Assembly: GCA_965200315.1 (NCBI GenBank)
Contig: OZ241362.1
Coordinates: 5,248,001 to 5,312,000, forward strand
Length of the DNA: 64,000 nt
Reading direction: 5' to 3'
From: Candidatus Latescibacterota bacterium
GTDB lineage: Bacteria; Latescibacterota; UBA2968; UBA8231
Part shown: positions 38,320 through 48,659 of the stretch, one piece after another
Position numbering within the stretch: position 1 is the first letter of the stretch
Layout: each line of letters opens with the position of its first letter
The notes under the pieces: generated by a model
What the model was told of the DNA's origin: nothing
Database searches by the model: none
The model's input: the letters and a program-made list of their open reading frames with translations, nothing else
Made by a program: the position numbers and the translations under genes

Positions 38320-40647
38320 ATGTTGCAACGGGCATATTTGCTGACGCTGTTGGCGCTTTTACCCAGCGGGGAAACAGATGCCGGGACGCTGCTTATAAAC
38401 AGCCAAGACCAGTGGCGGCAATGGACTTTTCCACAAGGGGTGCTATCGCTAGCGGAAGATGGCAGCGTGGGACTGAGACATTTCCGACGCGATATAGATG
38501 CCGTCGCCGACGCGGCCGAATTCTTTCACCCAAATGCCAAGGGGAAAGAGGTACAGGGAGGAATCCGAGGTGCGGGCACCCACATCGACCAAGCGGCCCA
38601 TATTCTCGATGGCGCGGCTACTACTTGGTGGCAACCCAGCCAAGCGGCTCCGCTCGACGATTGGTGGGTCGAGATCGATTTAGGCCGCCTCGTCCAGGCT
38701 AAAAAGCTCCGGCTGACCTTTCCCGATATCGAGGGTGCGCGGCCGCTGCGCGAGTTTTCCGTTTTCGTCGCCGAGGGAACGCCTTTTCTCACCGGCCAAG
38801 ACGTTTTCCGCTACGACCGGGTGGGCGGCACGACCCAGCCCAGCCGGGAGACGGTGATAGAGTACGACCTTGGGACGCCGGAGTTGGGCAACGCTACTGG
38901 CGAGTATTTGGCGACTAGCGATACCCTAGAGTATATGTCCATTCAGTACGTGCGCGTCGTTGCTCACGCCAAGAGTCTGGATGCGGCACTGGCTGCGGTC
39001 GATGTCGAGGCCATAGGCGACAACATTGCCCCGGGGACTATCGAGCGGGGAGGCGTCATTCGGACTGGTCGCGACCCGCGCACTATCGCCAATATCATGG
39101 ATGGAACCGCAGCCACGTGGTGGTCCCTGACCTCGCGGGGCGACCTCGATTGGCGCGATAAAGGCGATTGGTTTGAGTGGGATCTGGGAGCCACCTTCTG
39201 GATTGATCAACTAACTATGGTGGAGCCGCCGCCGGGATTTGCCACACTGGGGGTGAATTCGTACCGGAATCAGTCCAGTTTTGAACTATTGACCTCGGAC
39301 GGCACGCCGATTCCCACCCAAGGGGGAGAGCGGCTTCAGAGTCCCGTTGATTACCAGTTGCTCAGCTTCGTCGATAACGAAACGCTGAGTAGCGCGGGCA
39401 TGAGAAACCGCAATTTTGATTTCCGCTTTCCCGCTCGCAAGGTGCGCTATCTGTTCTATCACCACGAATCTCCGGTCAATAGGTCCACCGTTTTCCATTT
39501 ATTCGAGATTTTCCTCTACGGCGCCGGTCATCCGGCCGAGGTGGTGATGACCGCGAATTTTATCGATCTGGAAGGAGCCAAAAGCCTGCGCCGGATGCGC
39601 TGGGAGGCGGAGACAACGGCCGAGACGCGCATAGAAATTCGTACGCGCACCGGTAATACGCTGGACGAAGAGATATTCTATTACGACAAAAATGGTCGCG
39701 AAGTTCCCAAAGGACGTTGGGACAAACTGCCGGCCAGCCAGAAATTGCCCGAAGTAAAAGTGGCGAAAGCCGGTGCCGACTGGAGTGCGTGGAGCTCGGC
39801 CTACAAGGAGTCAGGGGAAGTCTTCCGCTCGCCCACGCCGAGGAAGTTCGTCCAAATGGAGGTGCGTCTGCAGACCGAAGACCCCCAAGTGGCACCGACG
39901 CTGCGCGAGATTGCCCTCGATTTCGACGATCCGCTCATCGGCGGCGGGGTTTTCGCCCGCGTTTCTCCACGCGAAGTGGTCCTCGATTCGCTGACGGTTT
40001 TTACCTTCCGCCTTGGGGGTCGCACTAGACCGACTGATCGGGGTTTCAACCGCCTCGTGTTCGATTTGCCGAACTCCCTCGAAGGTGACGTGCAACTGCG
40101 GATAGGGGATCGCCGCGTTGAACCCTTGCAGGTGGAGTCCAGCGGCGATTCGGTCGTGATCGACTTACCCGAACAGGTCCGCGGGGACAGCATTGAAGTC
40201 AACTTGCCGTTGCGCCTGTTGGCCGATGCGGTTGCTTTCGACGCTTGGGTAAGCTCTACGACGCAGCCCGATGTTCGCCAAGGGATTCAGCCAGAAGCCC
40301 TAGGAGTTTTGACGGTGTTCGTACCCGAGATTGCCCAAGAGGAGCACCTCATCCGCGCATTGGAGGTGTCCTCGGCGATGGTCACACCCAACGGCGACGG
40401 CATCAACGACGGGCTGAAGCTACGCCTGTTAGTGGTAAAAACCACCGCCCAACCCGAGGTCGCCATTTACGATTTGAGTGGCTCATTAGTCGTTAGCACC
40501 GAACAGGTGGATCAAGCGCACTATGTGTGGAATGGTCGGGATGAGAGCGGTCTATTGTTGCCCCCCGGTATCTACATTCTGGACGCCAAGGTAGCGACCG
40601 ACACTGCAACGGAGCGGCGACAGCGTATCATCCATCTGGTCTATTAG
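38320..40647 (+). CDS. Secreted discoidin-like + FlgD/T9SS-type CTD protein (subtype B)
   Basis: Signal peptide; QWRQWTFP, WWVEIDLGR, RTRTGN, YDKNG, WSAWS, SPTPRKF, TPNGDGIND, WNGRDESG.LLPPGIY. Confidence 0.85.
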   Translation: MLQRAYLLTLLALLPSGETDAGTLLINSQDQWRQWTFPQGVLSLAEDGSVGLRHFRRDIDAVADAAEFFHPNAKGKEVQGGIRGAGTHIDQAAHILDGAATTWWQPSQAAPLDDWWVEIDLGRLVQAKKLRLTFPDIEGARPLREFSVFVAEGTPFLTGQDVFRYDRVGGTTQPSRETVIEYDLGTPELGNATGEYLATSDTLEYMSIQYVRVVAHAKSLDAALAAVDVEAIGDNIAPGTIERGGVIRTGRDPRTIANIMDGTAATWWSLTSRGDLDWRDKGDWFEWDLGATFWIDQLTMVEPPPGFATLGVNSYRNQSSFELLTSDGTPIPTQGGERLQSPVDYQLLSFVDNETLSSAGMRNRNFDFRFPARKVRYLFYHHESPVNRSTVFHLFEIFLYGAGHPAEVVMTANFIDLEGAKSLRRMRWEAETTAETRIEIRTRTGNTLDEEIFYYDKNGREVPKGRWDKLPASQKLPEVKVAKAGADWSAWSSAYKESGEVFRSPTPRKFVQMEVRLQTEDPQVAPTLREIALDFDDPLIGGGVFARVSPREVVLDSLTVFTFRLGGRTRPTDRGFNRLVFDLPNSLEGDVQLRIGDRRVEPLQVESSGDSVVIDLPEQVRGDSIEVNLPLRLLADAVAFDAWVSSTTQPDVRQGIQPEALGVLTVFVPEIAQEEHLIRALEVSSAMVTPNGDGINDGLKLRLLVVKTTAQPEVAIYDLSGSLVVSTEQVDQAHYVWNGRDESGLLLPPGIYILDAKVATDTATERRQRIIHLVY

Positions 40648-40700
40648 TCGGGCCGGGCGTCGCCTATGCAAAGCTGCTATCGATACGGGAAACCAGCGCG

Positions 40701-43337
40701 ATGAATAAAGCCATTTGGTCTTTTGTCTTTCTCGCCCTCTTGCCACTAAGACTCAAGGCCGACTTGCAGAGCGGGTTTTTCAATCCGTACAGAGCGACGG
40801 GAACACCTGTCGATTTTGAGTCGCTGAGTCCGGTGCTGCGAAAATGGTACGTACCTCAGACGCTGCTTTATCTTTATGGCTGGAAGACCTACGAGTACAC
40901 CAACTACGCCCGGGACAACTACCAGCGCTACGTCAATCTCTTCTTGGAAGGGGATCGCTATTACGACCTGTACGGTAACTATATTACCCGGGGTTGGCGC
41001 ATCTACGACTGGCGTCAGGAACACCCGCTCGATTTTGGCAGCAGCATCTTCAAAAATCCCCGCTTCAATAGTTGGTTCAACCGCGTCCTGATATCGTCGG
41101 CTTCCAAAGGACAATTCTACACCGCACTGACCGTCGGCGAACAGCTACGCACCACGCTTACGCCGCTGACCTTCTCGAAGCCGCTCTTCGACGGTATCCA
41201 GTGGGATATGCAGTCCGACAAATACGCCTTGACCCTTATTGCTTCGCGCATTGACAATCCGGCCGTTCAGCGTCTCGACAGCGAAATCTCCGAAGCGAGA
41301 GAGACGGTCTTCACCAATTTGTACGGCTTGCGCGGAGTTGCCCAAATCGGCGATTTCGCCACGTTGGGATTGACGTACGTCAATGCCAACCACGGCAACA
41401 GCCGCTTGAGCGTCGAGGAGAATTCCCTCAAGGGCGTCTTGGGGGGGCGCTTGAACGCGGAAAACGTCCGCCGCATCGTCGTCCGCCTCAGCGACGATTC
41501 GCCCGAAGACAACACCGGCGGTGCGCTGCTGTTCCGCGCGCGGATCTTCATCGACGACGTCGAGCACCCAGAAATAAAACCTTCGATTGACGGGGGGACG
41601 CGGCGTCAAGGCTTGCTCGAAGCCAACGGCGGCGATGTACTGACGCTCAGTTACGACATCGAACGCGATTTCGTCCCGGGCGTAAAGGACCAGATCGGCG
41701 ATTTCAAAGAGGCCCGCAAGATCGATATTGAGCTGGTGGTGGCCAATGATTTTCGCATAGAGATAACCTCTAATATGCAGACTAATTTCACCGGCGAGAC
41801 GGTCTTCTTGCCGGTCAAGCGGAGCAACGGCAACATCAGCGATGGTTCCAATCAACAGGTCGTCCGCTTCCAGTACGGCCTGCCGACAGCCAATGAAATC
41901 ATGGGTTTTACGTTTGAGGTTTCCGAGCTGGCCGGATTTAATCTCCGCTCCGAATTCAACGTCAATCGCCACCACCGCAAGTTTCCCAACCAGAACATCG
42001 TCAAGAGGCAGGCGCTAGCGTCTGATCGCGCCGAGGCTTTTTACGTTACGGCCTCGCGCTTGACCTATCCGTGGTTCGCCTATGGAGAGGCCTTCTCTAT
42101 GGATCCGAACTACGGGACCTCTATGGTCATTCCCGACCAGCGCGGTTTTATCGACTACGAGGATGAGCTCAACTTCACCTATGAATTTGTCGAGGACAAC
42201 GACGACCAAGATCGCTTTCCCGACTGGCGGCGGCGCGTTACCGGGGGCGGTTTTGTGCCGGGGCAGCAGACGACCCGCGCCGCGGATGTCGAGGTGTTTC
42301 CCGGCCTCGACGAGAACAACGACTTGGTCAATGACTTCAATCAGAACGACAATTTGCAGCCCGATTACGTCGAACCCTTTCTGCGCTACAATGTCGATCC
42401 GCCCGAATTCCTCTTCGGCACCGACATGAACAACAACACCGTCATAGACCGCCTCGAAAACGATACCGAACCCGATTATCCCTACAAGCGCGACCACCGT
42501 GGCTACAATTTCTACGTGGGCGCTGAAATGCAGCCCGGTTCTAAGGTCATGGTCGGGCATCTACGCGAGTGGTTGATCGGTAGTGCCCGGCGAAACCAGA
42601 CGAGCTATGGGCTTTTTACTTGGCAGGAAGACCTGCCCTTGCGCGGGTTTAAGTTTCGCTTCATGGAATTTTTGCGCTTTGCCCGCGACGATATTCCCGA
42701 TGCACTGATCCAGTGGGTACAGTCTCCCTTTTCGGCAGGAGGTCTGCAGGATGTGCCGGACCGCTTGATAGCCCAGCATACGATGATCAACACGTCGTAC
42801 CTCGACTTTGCCATTCATCGCCTGCGGCCGCTGAATGTGTCTGGTAAAGTCAAGTGGGACCATTATTTTCAGCGCGGAGATCAGGTGCGAGAAAATCGCG
42901 ACGAGAGTTTCTTGGGTGCCATCCTGAGAGCGGAGTACTTCTACGAGCCGTTCGCGGGCGTCACCATTTCGCCCAAATGGAAGCAACAGTACGCCCGCCG
43001 AGTCCCGACGGATCCCTTGGTGCTGCGGCGCAATGAGCTATCGGAGATTTTTTCTTTTATCGGGACATACGATCTCATCCCCGGCCAGCTCGTCTCGGAG
43101 TCGGGGATCGAATGGGAGGTCTTTAGGAACCTACAGCAAGAGCCCGATCCGCTGCCGCCGGCCTTTGTCGAGGATTTCACGACCCTGACCTTGGCCACTC
43201 AGTTCACCAACAGCTCCGAGTATCAGGGCTACGCACTGTCCACCAAGATCGGTGTGCGCTGGCAACGCCGGGCCTTGCAACAAGGCGATGAGACCAATTT
43301 CCTCACGTTTGTAACCATCTTCGCCGGATTGCGCTAA
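40701..43337 (+). CDS. Secreted 878-aa putative outer-membrane beta-barrel protein with Asp/Asn-rich Ca-binding-like repeats
   Basis: Signal peptide; amphipathic beta-strand pattern; DNDDQDRFPD, DENNDLVNDFNQNDNLQPDY, DMNNNTVIDR; ends FLTFVTIFAGLR. Confidence 0.7.
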   Translation: MNKAIWSFVFLALLPLRLKADLQSGFFNPYRATGTPVDFESLSPVLRKWYVPQTLLYLYGWKTYEYTNYARDNYQRYVNLFLEGDRYYDLYGNYITRGWRIYDWRQEHPLDFGSSIFKNPRFNSWFNRVLISSASKGQFYTALTVGEQLRTTLTPLTFSKPLFDGIQWDMQSDKYALTLIASRIDNPAVQRLDSEISEARETVFTNLYGLRGVAQIGDFATLGLTYVNANHGNSRLSVEENSLKGVLGGRLNAENVRRIVVRLSDDSPEDNTGGALLFRARIFIDDVEHPEIKPSIDGGTRRQGLLEANGGDVLTLSYDIERDFVPGVKDQIGDFKEARKIDIELVVANDFRIEITSNMQTNFTGETVFLPVKRSNGNISDGSNQQVVRFQYGLPTANEIMGFTFEVSELAGFNLRSEFNVNRHHRKFPNQNIVKRQALASDRAEAFYVTASRLTYPWFAYGEAFSMDPNYGTSMVIPDQRGFIDYEDELNFTYEFVEDNDDQDRFPDWRRRVTGGGFVPGQQTTRAADVEVFPGLDENNDLVNDFNQNDNLQPDYVEPFLRYNVDPPEFLFGTDMNNNTVIDRLENDTEPDYPYKRDHRGYNFYVGAEMQPGSKVMVGHLREWLIGSARRNQTSYGLFTWQEDLPLRGFKFRFMEFLRFARDDIPDALIQWVQSPFSAGGLQDVPDRLIAQHTMINTSYLDFAIHRLRPLNVSGKVKWDHYFQRGDQVRENRDESFLGAILRAEYFYEPFAGVTISPKWKQQYARRVPTDPLVLRRNELSEIFSFIGTYDLIPGQLVSESGIEWEVFRNLQQEPDPLPPAFVEDFTTLTLATQFTNSSEYQGYALSTKIGVRWQRRALQQGDETNFLTFVTIFAGLR

Positions 43338-43344
43338 CAGAGCG

Positions 43345-44748
43345 ATGGGTAGTACCCGTCCATCTGTTCTCTTGGCGCTGGCGCTGGCCACGCTGGTCGC
43401 CTGCGAGCGTCCCCCCACGACCAAGCCCGACTACCAAATGTGGCTGGAGCGGCATCCGCAGGATAGCGAAGCCCATTGGCAACTGGCCGATCTGCTCTTG
43501 CAAGAGCGCGACTTGCAAGGGGCCGAGCATCACTACCGCACGGCCCTGAGCATCAAGCCGATGACTGTGGACGCTTGGGTCGGGCTGGGAAATATCTCCT
43601 GCAAACAGGGCCTATACGAGCAGGCCGAGCGCCACTTCCGCAACGCCCTCTCGCTGGACGATGAGCACGTGGGTGCCTTGTGCAGCTTGGCCAGTTTGTC
43701 CCTAGAACAAGAGGAATACGCCCATGGCCGCGATTTGTATCGGCAGGCGCTGGCTCTCGATCCAGACAATGCCGGGGCGTTCTACAATCTCGCTTTGGCT
43801 TATATCAAGCTCAAGGCTTACTACGAGGCGATTACAGCCCTGCGGCAGGCCACTCGCATTGATACGGGGTACAGTTTGGCATTTTACGCCCTCGGCCAGA
43901 TCTACGCCGAGCGTCTCGGCCAGTACCAAGAAGGTATCGCGGCGTTTAGGCGGGCAGTGGCACTGAGAGCAGACTGGCCTAGAGCGCAGATAGGTCTAGG
44001 CCACGCCCTGCTGAAGGCCGGCCAAGTAGATGCGGCCACAGCGGCTTTTGGCGAGGCCCTCGCGCTCGATCCGAGTGCGGCCCAAGCCCATGTAGGCTTG
44101 GGGTTGGCCGAGGAGCGACGGGGTGCCGAGACGCTCGCCGAGGCGCATTACCTGCGCGCCATCGCCTTGGATCCGGTGCGGGCGAGGACCTATTTTAAGC
44201 TCGGAACGCTCTACGTCAGACAGGGAAGAAAGGAGGAAGCCCGACAATACTTGGGCCGCTTTGAAGGGCTGGCACCTTATACCGACGAGTTGGCGCAACT
44301 CAGAGACCGACTGCGGCGAGAGCCGGATAACGCACTGGCCCATTACGCTTTGGCCGGGATTTACGCCAAACTGAATATGCCCTCCCTCGCAATCAGTGCC
44401 CTGAGAAGCTGTCTCGCCGTGCGGCCGGATTATGCGCCTGCCTACAACAATCTCGGCAACGCATATTTGCGCTTGGGAGATACCGGGGAAGCCATCGCGA
44501 TGTACGAAGTCGCCGTCCGCATTGACACGGCGTACGCGCTGGCCTACAACAATTTGGGGAGTGCCCAGCTACTCAAGGGTCAATCCCATCAGGCGCTGGC
44601 GTGCTACCAACGCGCACTGCGGATTCGCCCGGATTATGCCGATGCGTATTACGGGCTTGCTATGGCCTATAGAGAACAGGGGCGGCACGCCGAGGCCGGA
44701 GCGGCCATGGCCCGGTATGAACAAATTGTCGCGGCTGATGAGCCGTAA
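43345..44748 (+). CDS. Tetratricopeptide repeat lipoprotein
   Basis: Lipobox LVAC; many TPR units (AYNNLG, AFYNLA, ALALDP). Confidence 0.9.
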   Translation: MGSTRPSVLLALALATLVACERPPTTKPDYQMWLERHPQDSEAHWQLADLLLQERDLQGAEHHYRTALSIKPMTVDAWVGLGNISCKQGLYEQAERHFRNALSLDDEHVGALCSLASLSLEQEEYAHGRDLYRQALALDPDNAGAFYNLALAYIKLKAYYEAITALRQATRIDTGYSLAFYALGQIYAERLGQYQEGIAAFRRAVALRADWPRAQIGLGHALLKAGQVDAATAAFGEALALDPSAAQAHVGLGLAEERRGAETLAEAHYLRAIALDPVRARTYFKLGTLYVRQGRKEEARQYLGRFEGLAPYTDELAQLRDRLRREPDNALAHYALAGIYAKLNMPSLAISALRSCLAVRPDYAPAYNNLGNAYLRLGDTGEAIAMYEVAVRIDTAYALAYNNLGSAQLLKGQSHQALACYQRALRIRPDYADAYYGLAMAYREQGRHAEAGAAMARYEQIVAADEP

Positions 44749-44764
44749 ATAGACGGTGCTCATT

Positions 44765-44793
44765 TTGCGTATGAAGGCTGGAATAACTATGCT
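44765..44793 (+). promoter_or_regulatory. sigma70 promoter of tRNA-Val
   Basis: TTGCGT, 17-nt spacer, TATGCT, 8 nt before the tRNA. Confidence 0.65.
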
Positions 44794-44801
44794 TAGAGGC
44801 C

Positions 44802-44878
44802 GGGCGGTTAGCTCAGTTGGTCAGAGCGCCTGCCTTACAAGCAGGATGTCCCCAGTTCGAGTCTGGGATCGCCCACCA
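44802..44878 (+). tRNA. tRNA-Val (anticodon TAC)
   Basis: GGGCGGT/ATCGCCC acceptor stem, D-arm TAGCTCAGTTGG, anticodon arm CCTGC-CTTACAA-GCAGG, T-loop TTCGAGT, encoded CCA. Confidence 0.97.
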
Positions 44879-44888
44879 CTCTAAAAGT

Positions 44889-44922
44889 AAAAGCCCCTGA
44901 GCAATCAGGGGCTTTATTTTTT
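44889..44922 (+). terminator. Intrinsic terminator after tRNA-Val
   Basis: AAAGCCCCTGA-GCAA-TCAGGGGCTTT-ATTTTTT. Confidence 0.9.
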
Positions 44923-44965
44923 CTGGAGTTTTACCCAAGCTCTAACTTCTACAGGAGCTATACCC

Positions 44966-46538
44966 ATGCCCAATCGCCCCAATATCCTCTTTCTCCTCAG
45001 CGATGAACACAGTTTTCGCTTTCTCTCGGCTCGCCCTCCGGAGCGCGGCGGCGAACCCTGCCGCACGCCGACGCTTGATCGCCTCATCCAGCAGGGCGTC
45101 CACTTTGAAACCGCCTATTGCCAGATGCCCTTGTGTACGCCCAGCCGCATGTCGATGCTGTCCGGCCGACACCCGCACCGCTGCCCAGTCCTATGGCCTG
45201 ACACCCCTACCTTTGCTTCGCACCTAGGGCAGCATGGCTACGCCACGGCCGCCGTCGGCAAGATGCATCTGCAAGGCTCCCGTCAGTACGCCGGCTTCGG
45301 GGCCCGCCCCTACGGCGACTTTGGCGCGCCCTCGCCAGGCCATCAGAAAGACCCACTTTTTCTGCTTGGGGTCCAGGATCACATCTTCATGCCCTCCATC
45401 ATCGAGGATGCCGGTCTCAGCGATATCCCCGAATCCCTGCTTCAGGAGCAGTTTGTCGTGCGCGAGGCCACGGCGTGGCTGCGCGAACACCGCCACGCCC
45501 ATCCAGACCAGCCTTGGTTGATGTACACCTCGTTCGTCCATCCACACTTCCCGATGAACGCACCCCGCCGCTTTTTCGAGCGCTACTATCCCGAAGGAGT
45601 TACCCCACCGAAGGTGGGCCGCAACGGGGACGCCGAGGATCACCCCATGACCTTGGAGGCTCTCAGGTCGAATAGCGGCGAATCTCAGGGGCATCCCGCC
45701 GAAGAGATCTCCTCAGAGCAGACCCTGCGCGCGCGGGCGGCATACGCTGCCTGCGTAGACCAGTTGGACGAGATCATAGGGGATTTTTTAGCGGTCCTAG
45801 AGCGCGACGGGCTACTCGACAACACCGTCGTCATCTATACCTCGGACCACGGCGAATTAGCTGGAGAGCACGGCCTGTGGTGGAAACAGACCTGGCACGA
45901 AGCTTCTGTTCGGGTGCCGCTGATCGTCTCCCTGCCGGAGCACCGCAGAGGCCGGCTCTCGCCAGCTAAAATCGCCGCACCGGTGAGCCTCGCTGATATC
46001 TTTCCCCACGCTCTGTGGCCTGACCGACGCGCCCCTGCTCGACGATCTGGCCGGCATTGACCTAGCGCCTGTAGTGCGGGGCGATGCCGGCCCGGCTCTG
46101 GCAGCCCGCCCCGGCGTCGTCGTCGAGAACTTGAGCAAAGGATACCGCATGATCCGCTCGCCGCGCTACAAGTACATTGCCTTCCGCACCTACGAGGACT
46201 TGGCCTTCGATCTGCTCGACGATCCGAACGAGCAGCGCAATCTAGTAGGCCGCGCCGCAGGAGAGGCGGCCGCCGAACTGGAAAAGCTCAAGTCCGCGCT
46301 CTTCGATGGCTTTGATTTTGAGCAAGCCATTGAGGCGACTAGGCGGGAAAGTGCGCAATATCACAAGCAGTATCCGAGCCGGATAAAGCCCCGAACGTCT
46401 AACCAGATCATGCGTGGAGACGGGATGCTGGTCGAAGCGGACCAGCCGCTCTATTGTCCAGATGTGGTCAGCGAGGACCCGCGCCGCGACTTCAGTGACT
46501 GTCCGCAGCAGCGCCGAGCTTCCCGTCGCCGTCGATGA
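44966..46538 (+). pseudogene. Choline-sulfatase-like sulfatase with one frameshift (~46000, TTTCCCC)
   Basis: RPNILFLLSDEH, CTPSR, GKMH, HPHFP, SDHGE, WWKQ, DIFP; continues in another frame as TLCGLT...YKY...DPNEQRNL. Confidence 0.8.
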
Positions 46539-46568
46539 ACTTGGCGATTGCAAAATAAAAAGTGCGTT

Positions 46569-48530
46569 TCAATAGACCACGGCGAGGCTGCGTTCTTGCG
46601 CCCATTGCCCGTGGTCGGTTTGGGCGCGCACTTGCACGACGTATATCCCGGGCGCGACGAGTTGGTCTTCTTCGTCGCGCCCGTTCCACATTGCTCGATG
46701 GCGGCCGCTGAGTTGGGTGCCAAAGGCTTGCCGCCACGTGGAGCGGCCGTCGAGCGCGTAAATTTCCAGCTCGACCTCGGCCGGGGCTAGCAAACGGAAC
46801 AAGGTGTAGTGGATGGTTACGCGGTCGTTGATGCCGTCGCCCTGCGGGGTGAACGCGGTCGGCTGCACTTCTATAGCGCCCAACACCTCATTCAATGCCC
46901 GGCCGCTGGCGACCATGCGGAGTTGATTCGTGCCCAAAGCGTCGCTGGCGTCGCCCCCTTCTACTTGCTGTGGCAGACTCTGTTCGGAGCGCGTGAATAC
47001 CTCGGCTTGCACCGTGCCCGAAGCCGTGTACATGACGGTCTCCAAGTGCAAGCGCAGCGTTTGCGCCCCTCCGTCGCGAACGGGTTCGGGCAGGTAGATC
47101 GCTAGGCCCTCGGGTTCGGCGACCACGCTGTCGGCTACTACTGGCTGTAGGGGATTGCCCATCGCCAAGCCGAGGAGGGTGCCCGCGCCGGGCAGGGTCA
47201 GGCGCACTGCGTCAAAACCGGCTTGTTCCGCTGCAAACTCAGCTCGCAGGTCGCAGACCAACTCGATCTTTTGGCCGACCGGCACTTCGGCGATATGGCC
47301 TGCGGGTTGTAGGTCGCTGACCGCGGCTACTTCGCCCACCACCCGCTTGGCCAGCAGCGGAGAGTACTCAATCGCCAGCGAATCCAAGCGCATAAAATCC
47401 CACAGCGTTTCGGTCTCCAAAGTCAGGCGTAGCTGTAGGTAGCGGCCGCTCGGTACGCGGGGCAGTTGGCCGGAACGGCGCAGCGGCGGCGACCAAAAGC
47501 TCCAGTTGTCCGCGTCGTCGATAATGGGGCCGCGCCAGCCTACGGCCGGGGGGTCCCAAGGCCAGATGCGCTGCTTGAGCCGTTCGTATGCGCTTTGCGT
47601 TACTTCCACGAGTTGGCCGATGTCGTCGTACCCGTGATAGCCAGTGGGCGTGGGGTCTAGGCCGGTCTTGATTTCTACTTGCGCGGCGGTGGGGGCGTCG
47701 GGCGCGGCTGCGAGTTGGTCTCCCTCGCGCCGCCACTTGCTCGCGCCAAAGCGTACGCGCCCGATGTTGACTGTTTGCTCTAGATCGATCACCTGCGATG
47801 TCCACACGGCCTGCGGCGGAAAGCCCCGGCCGGACACCTCTAGCTCGGCTAAGGCGAACTTGGTGTAGAACCGGCCATTGTCTGGGAAGAAATGGACGCG
47901 CAGAAAGCGCAGGTATTGCAGTGGGAACTCGATATGCACGACGGCCTCGGTGTTTAGATCGACGCTGGCTAGCAGGACGTCCAAAGGCCGGTAGTGGGCA
48001 CCTTCTTCCTGTGCTATGCCGACGGGGTCGAGGCTGGCGGAGAGTTCGTATTTTTTAAAGGCAAAGTTGGGGCGATAGGGCTCTTGGGTGAGCGCGTCGC
48101 GGCCCTCGGGCGGGTAGAAGGCAAAGCGATCCACTGGCGCGGGCACACCGAGGTCAATGGTGTAGAATTCGTTGGGGTCGTAGTAGTCGTGCGCCGAGAA
48201 GAAGGTCGCGAGGTCGCCATCGACAAAGTCGCGTGGCTCGGCGCGTGGGCGGAGGTAGTTGATGCCGCGCCAGATGCGGAGGTCGCCTAAGCGATACGTG
48301 GATTCTCCCGGGGAGCGCCAGCGATACCAAGGGCCTAATTGGGGGAGCAAGTTCTCGCCGGGTTTGAGCTCGTGCGGCTGGAGTACGGCCGGGTCGGTCG
48401 CGTCGTCCATCATCCGCAGTTGCCCGGTCCATGTCGCCCACGGCTCCGGGCCGCCGAGGCGAAACTCATCTACTGCCCATGACGCCGATAGACCGCTTAG
48501 CATGAATGCAAGAGCGAACGCATATCGCAT
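46569..48530 (-). CDS. Secreted discoidin-like + FlgD/T9SS-type CTD protein (subtype A)
   Basis: Signal peptide; IDLG, ELEVSGRGF, IKTGLDPTP, NWSFWSPP, GFDAV, TPQGDGIND, WNGRDEE.QLVAPGIY. Confidence 0.85.
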   Translation of the reverse strand: MRYAFALAFMLSGLSASWAVDEFRLGGPEPWATWTGQLRMMDDATDPAVLQPHELKPGENLLPQLGPWYRWRSPGESTYRLGDLRIWRGINYLRPRAEPRDFVDGDLATFFSAHDYYDPNEFYTIDLGVPAPVDRFAFYPPEGRDALTQEPYRPNFAFKKYELSASLDPVGIAQEEGAHYRPLDVLLASVDLNTEAVVHIEFPLQYLRFLRVHFFPDNGRFYTKFALAELEVSGRGFPPQAVWTSQVIDLEQTVNIGRVRFGASKWRREGDQLAAAPDAPTAAQVEIKTGLDPTPTGYHGYDDIGQLVEVTQSAYERLKQRIWPWDPPAVGWRGPIIDDADNWSFWSPPLRRSGQLPRVPSGRYLQLRLTLETETLWDFMRLDSLAIEYSPLLAKRVVGEVAAVSDLQPAGHIAEVPVGQKIELVCDLRAEFAAEQAGFDAVRLTLPGAGTLLGLAMGNPLQPVVADSVVAEPEGLAIYLPEPVRDGGAQTLRLHLETVMYTASGTVQAEVFTRSEQSLPQQVEGGDASDALGTNQLRMVASGRALNEVLGAIEVQPTAFTPQGDGINDRVTIHYTLFRLLAPAEVELEIYALDGRSTWRQAFGTQLSGRHRAMWNGRDEEDQLVAPGIYVVQVRAQTDHGQWAQERSLAVVY

Positions 48531-48659
48531 GGGAACCTCTTTGGGAGATTTTTAGGAGCTTAGTGGCTAGTGGCCAACACTAACCACTACCAGAACGGAG
48601 GTCCGGTGTCAATAGAGTGCGGGAAGAGCGCTATTAGATTTCCACGCGAGTGATTGACA

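Noticed and set aside
44889-44915. Same AAGCCCCTG stem as the tyrS terminator, as a mobile repeat
   Set aside because: Identity is limited to the stem; most simply a common terminator motif.
44802-44922. tRNA-Val as the attachment site of an integrative element
   Set aside because: No integrase and no duplicated tRNA 3' end were seen in the window.
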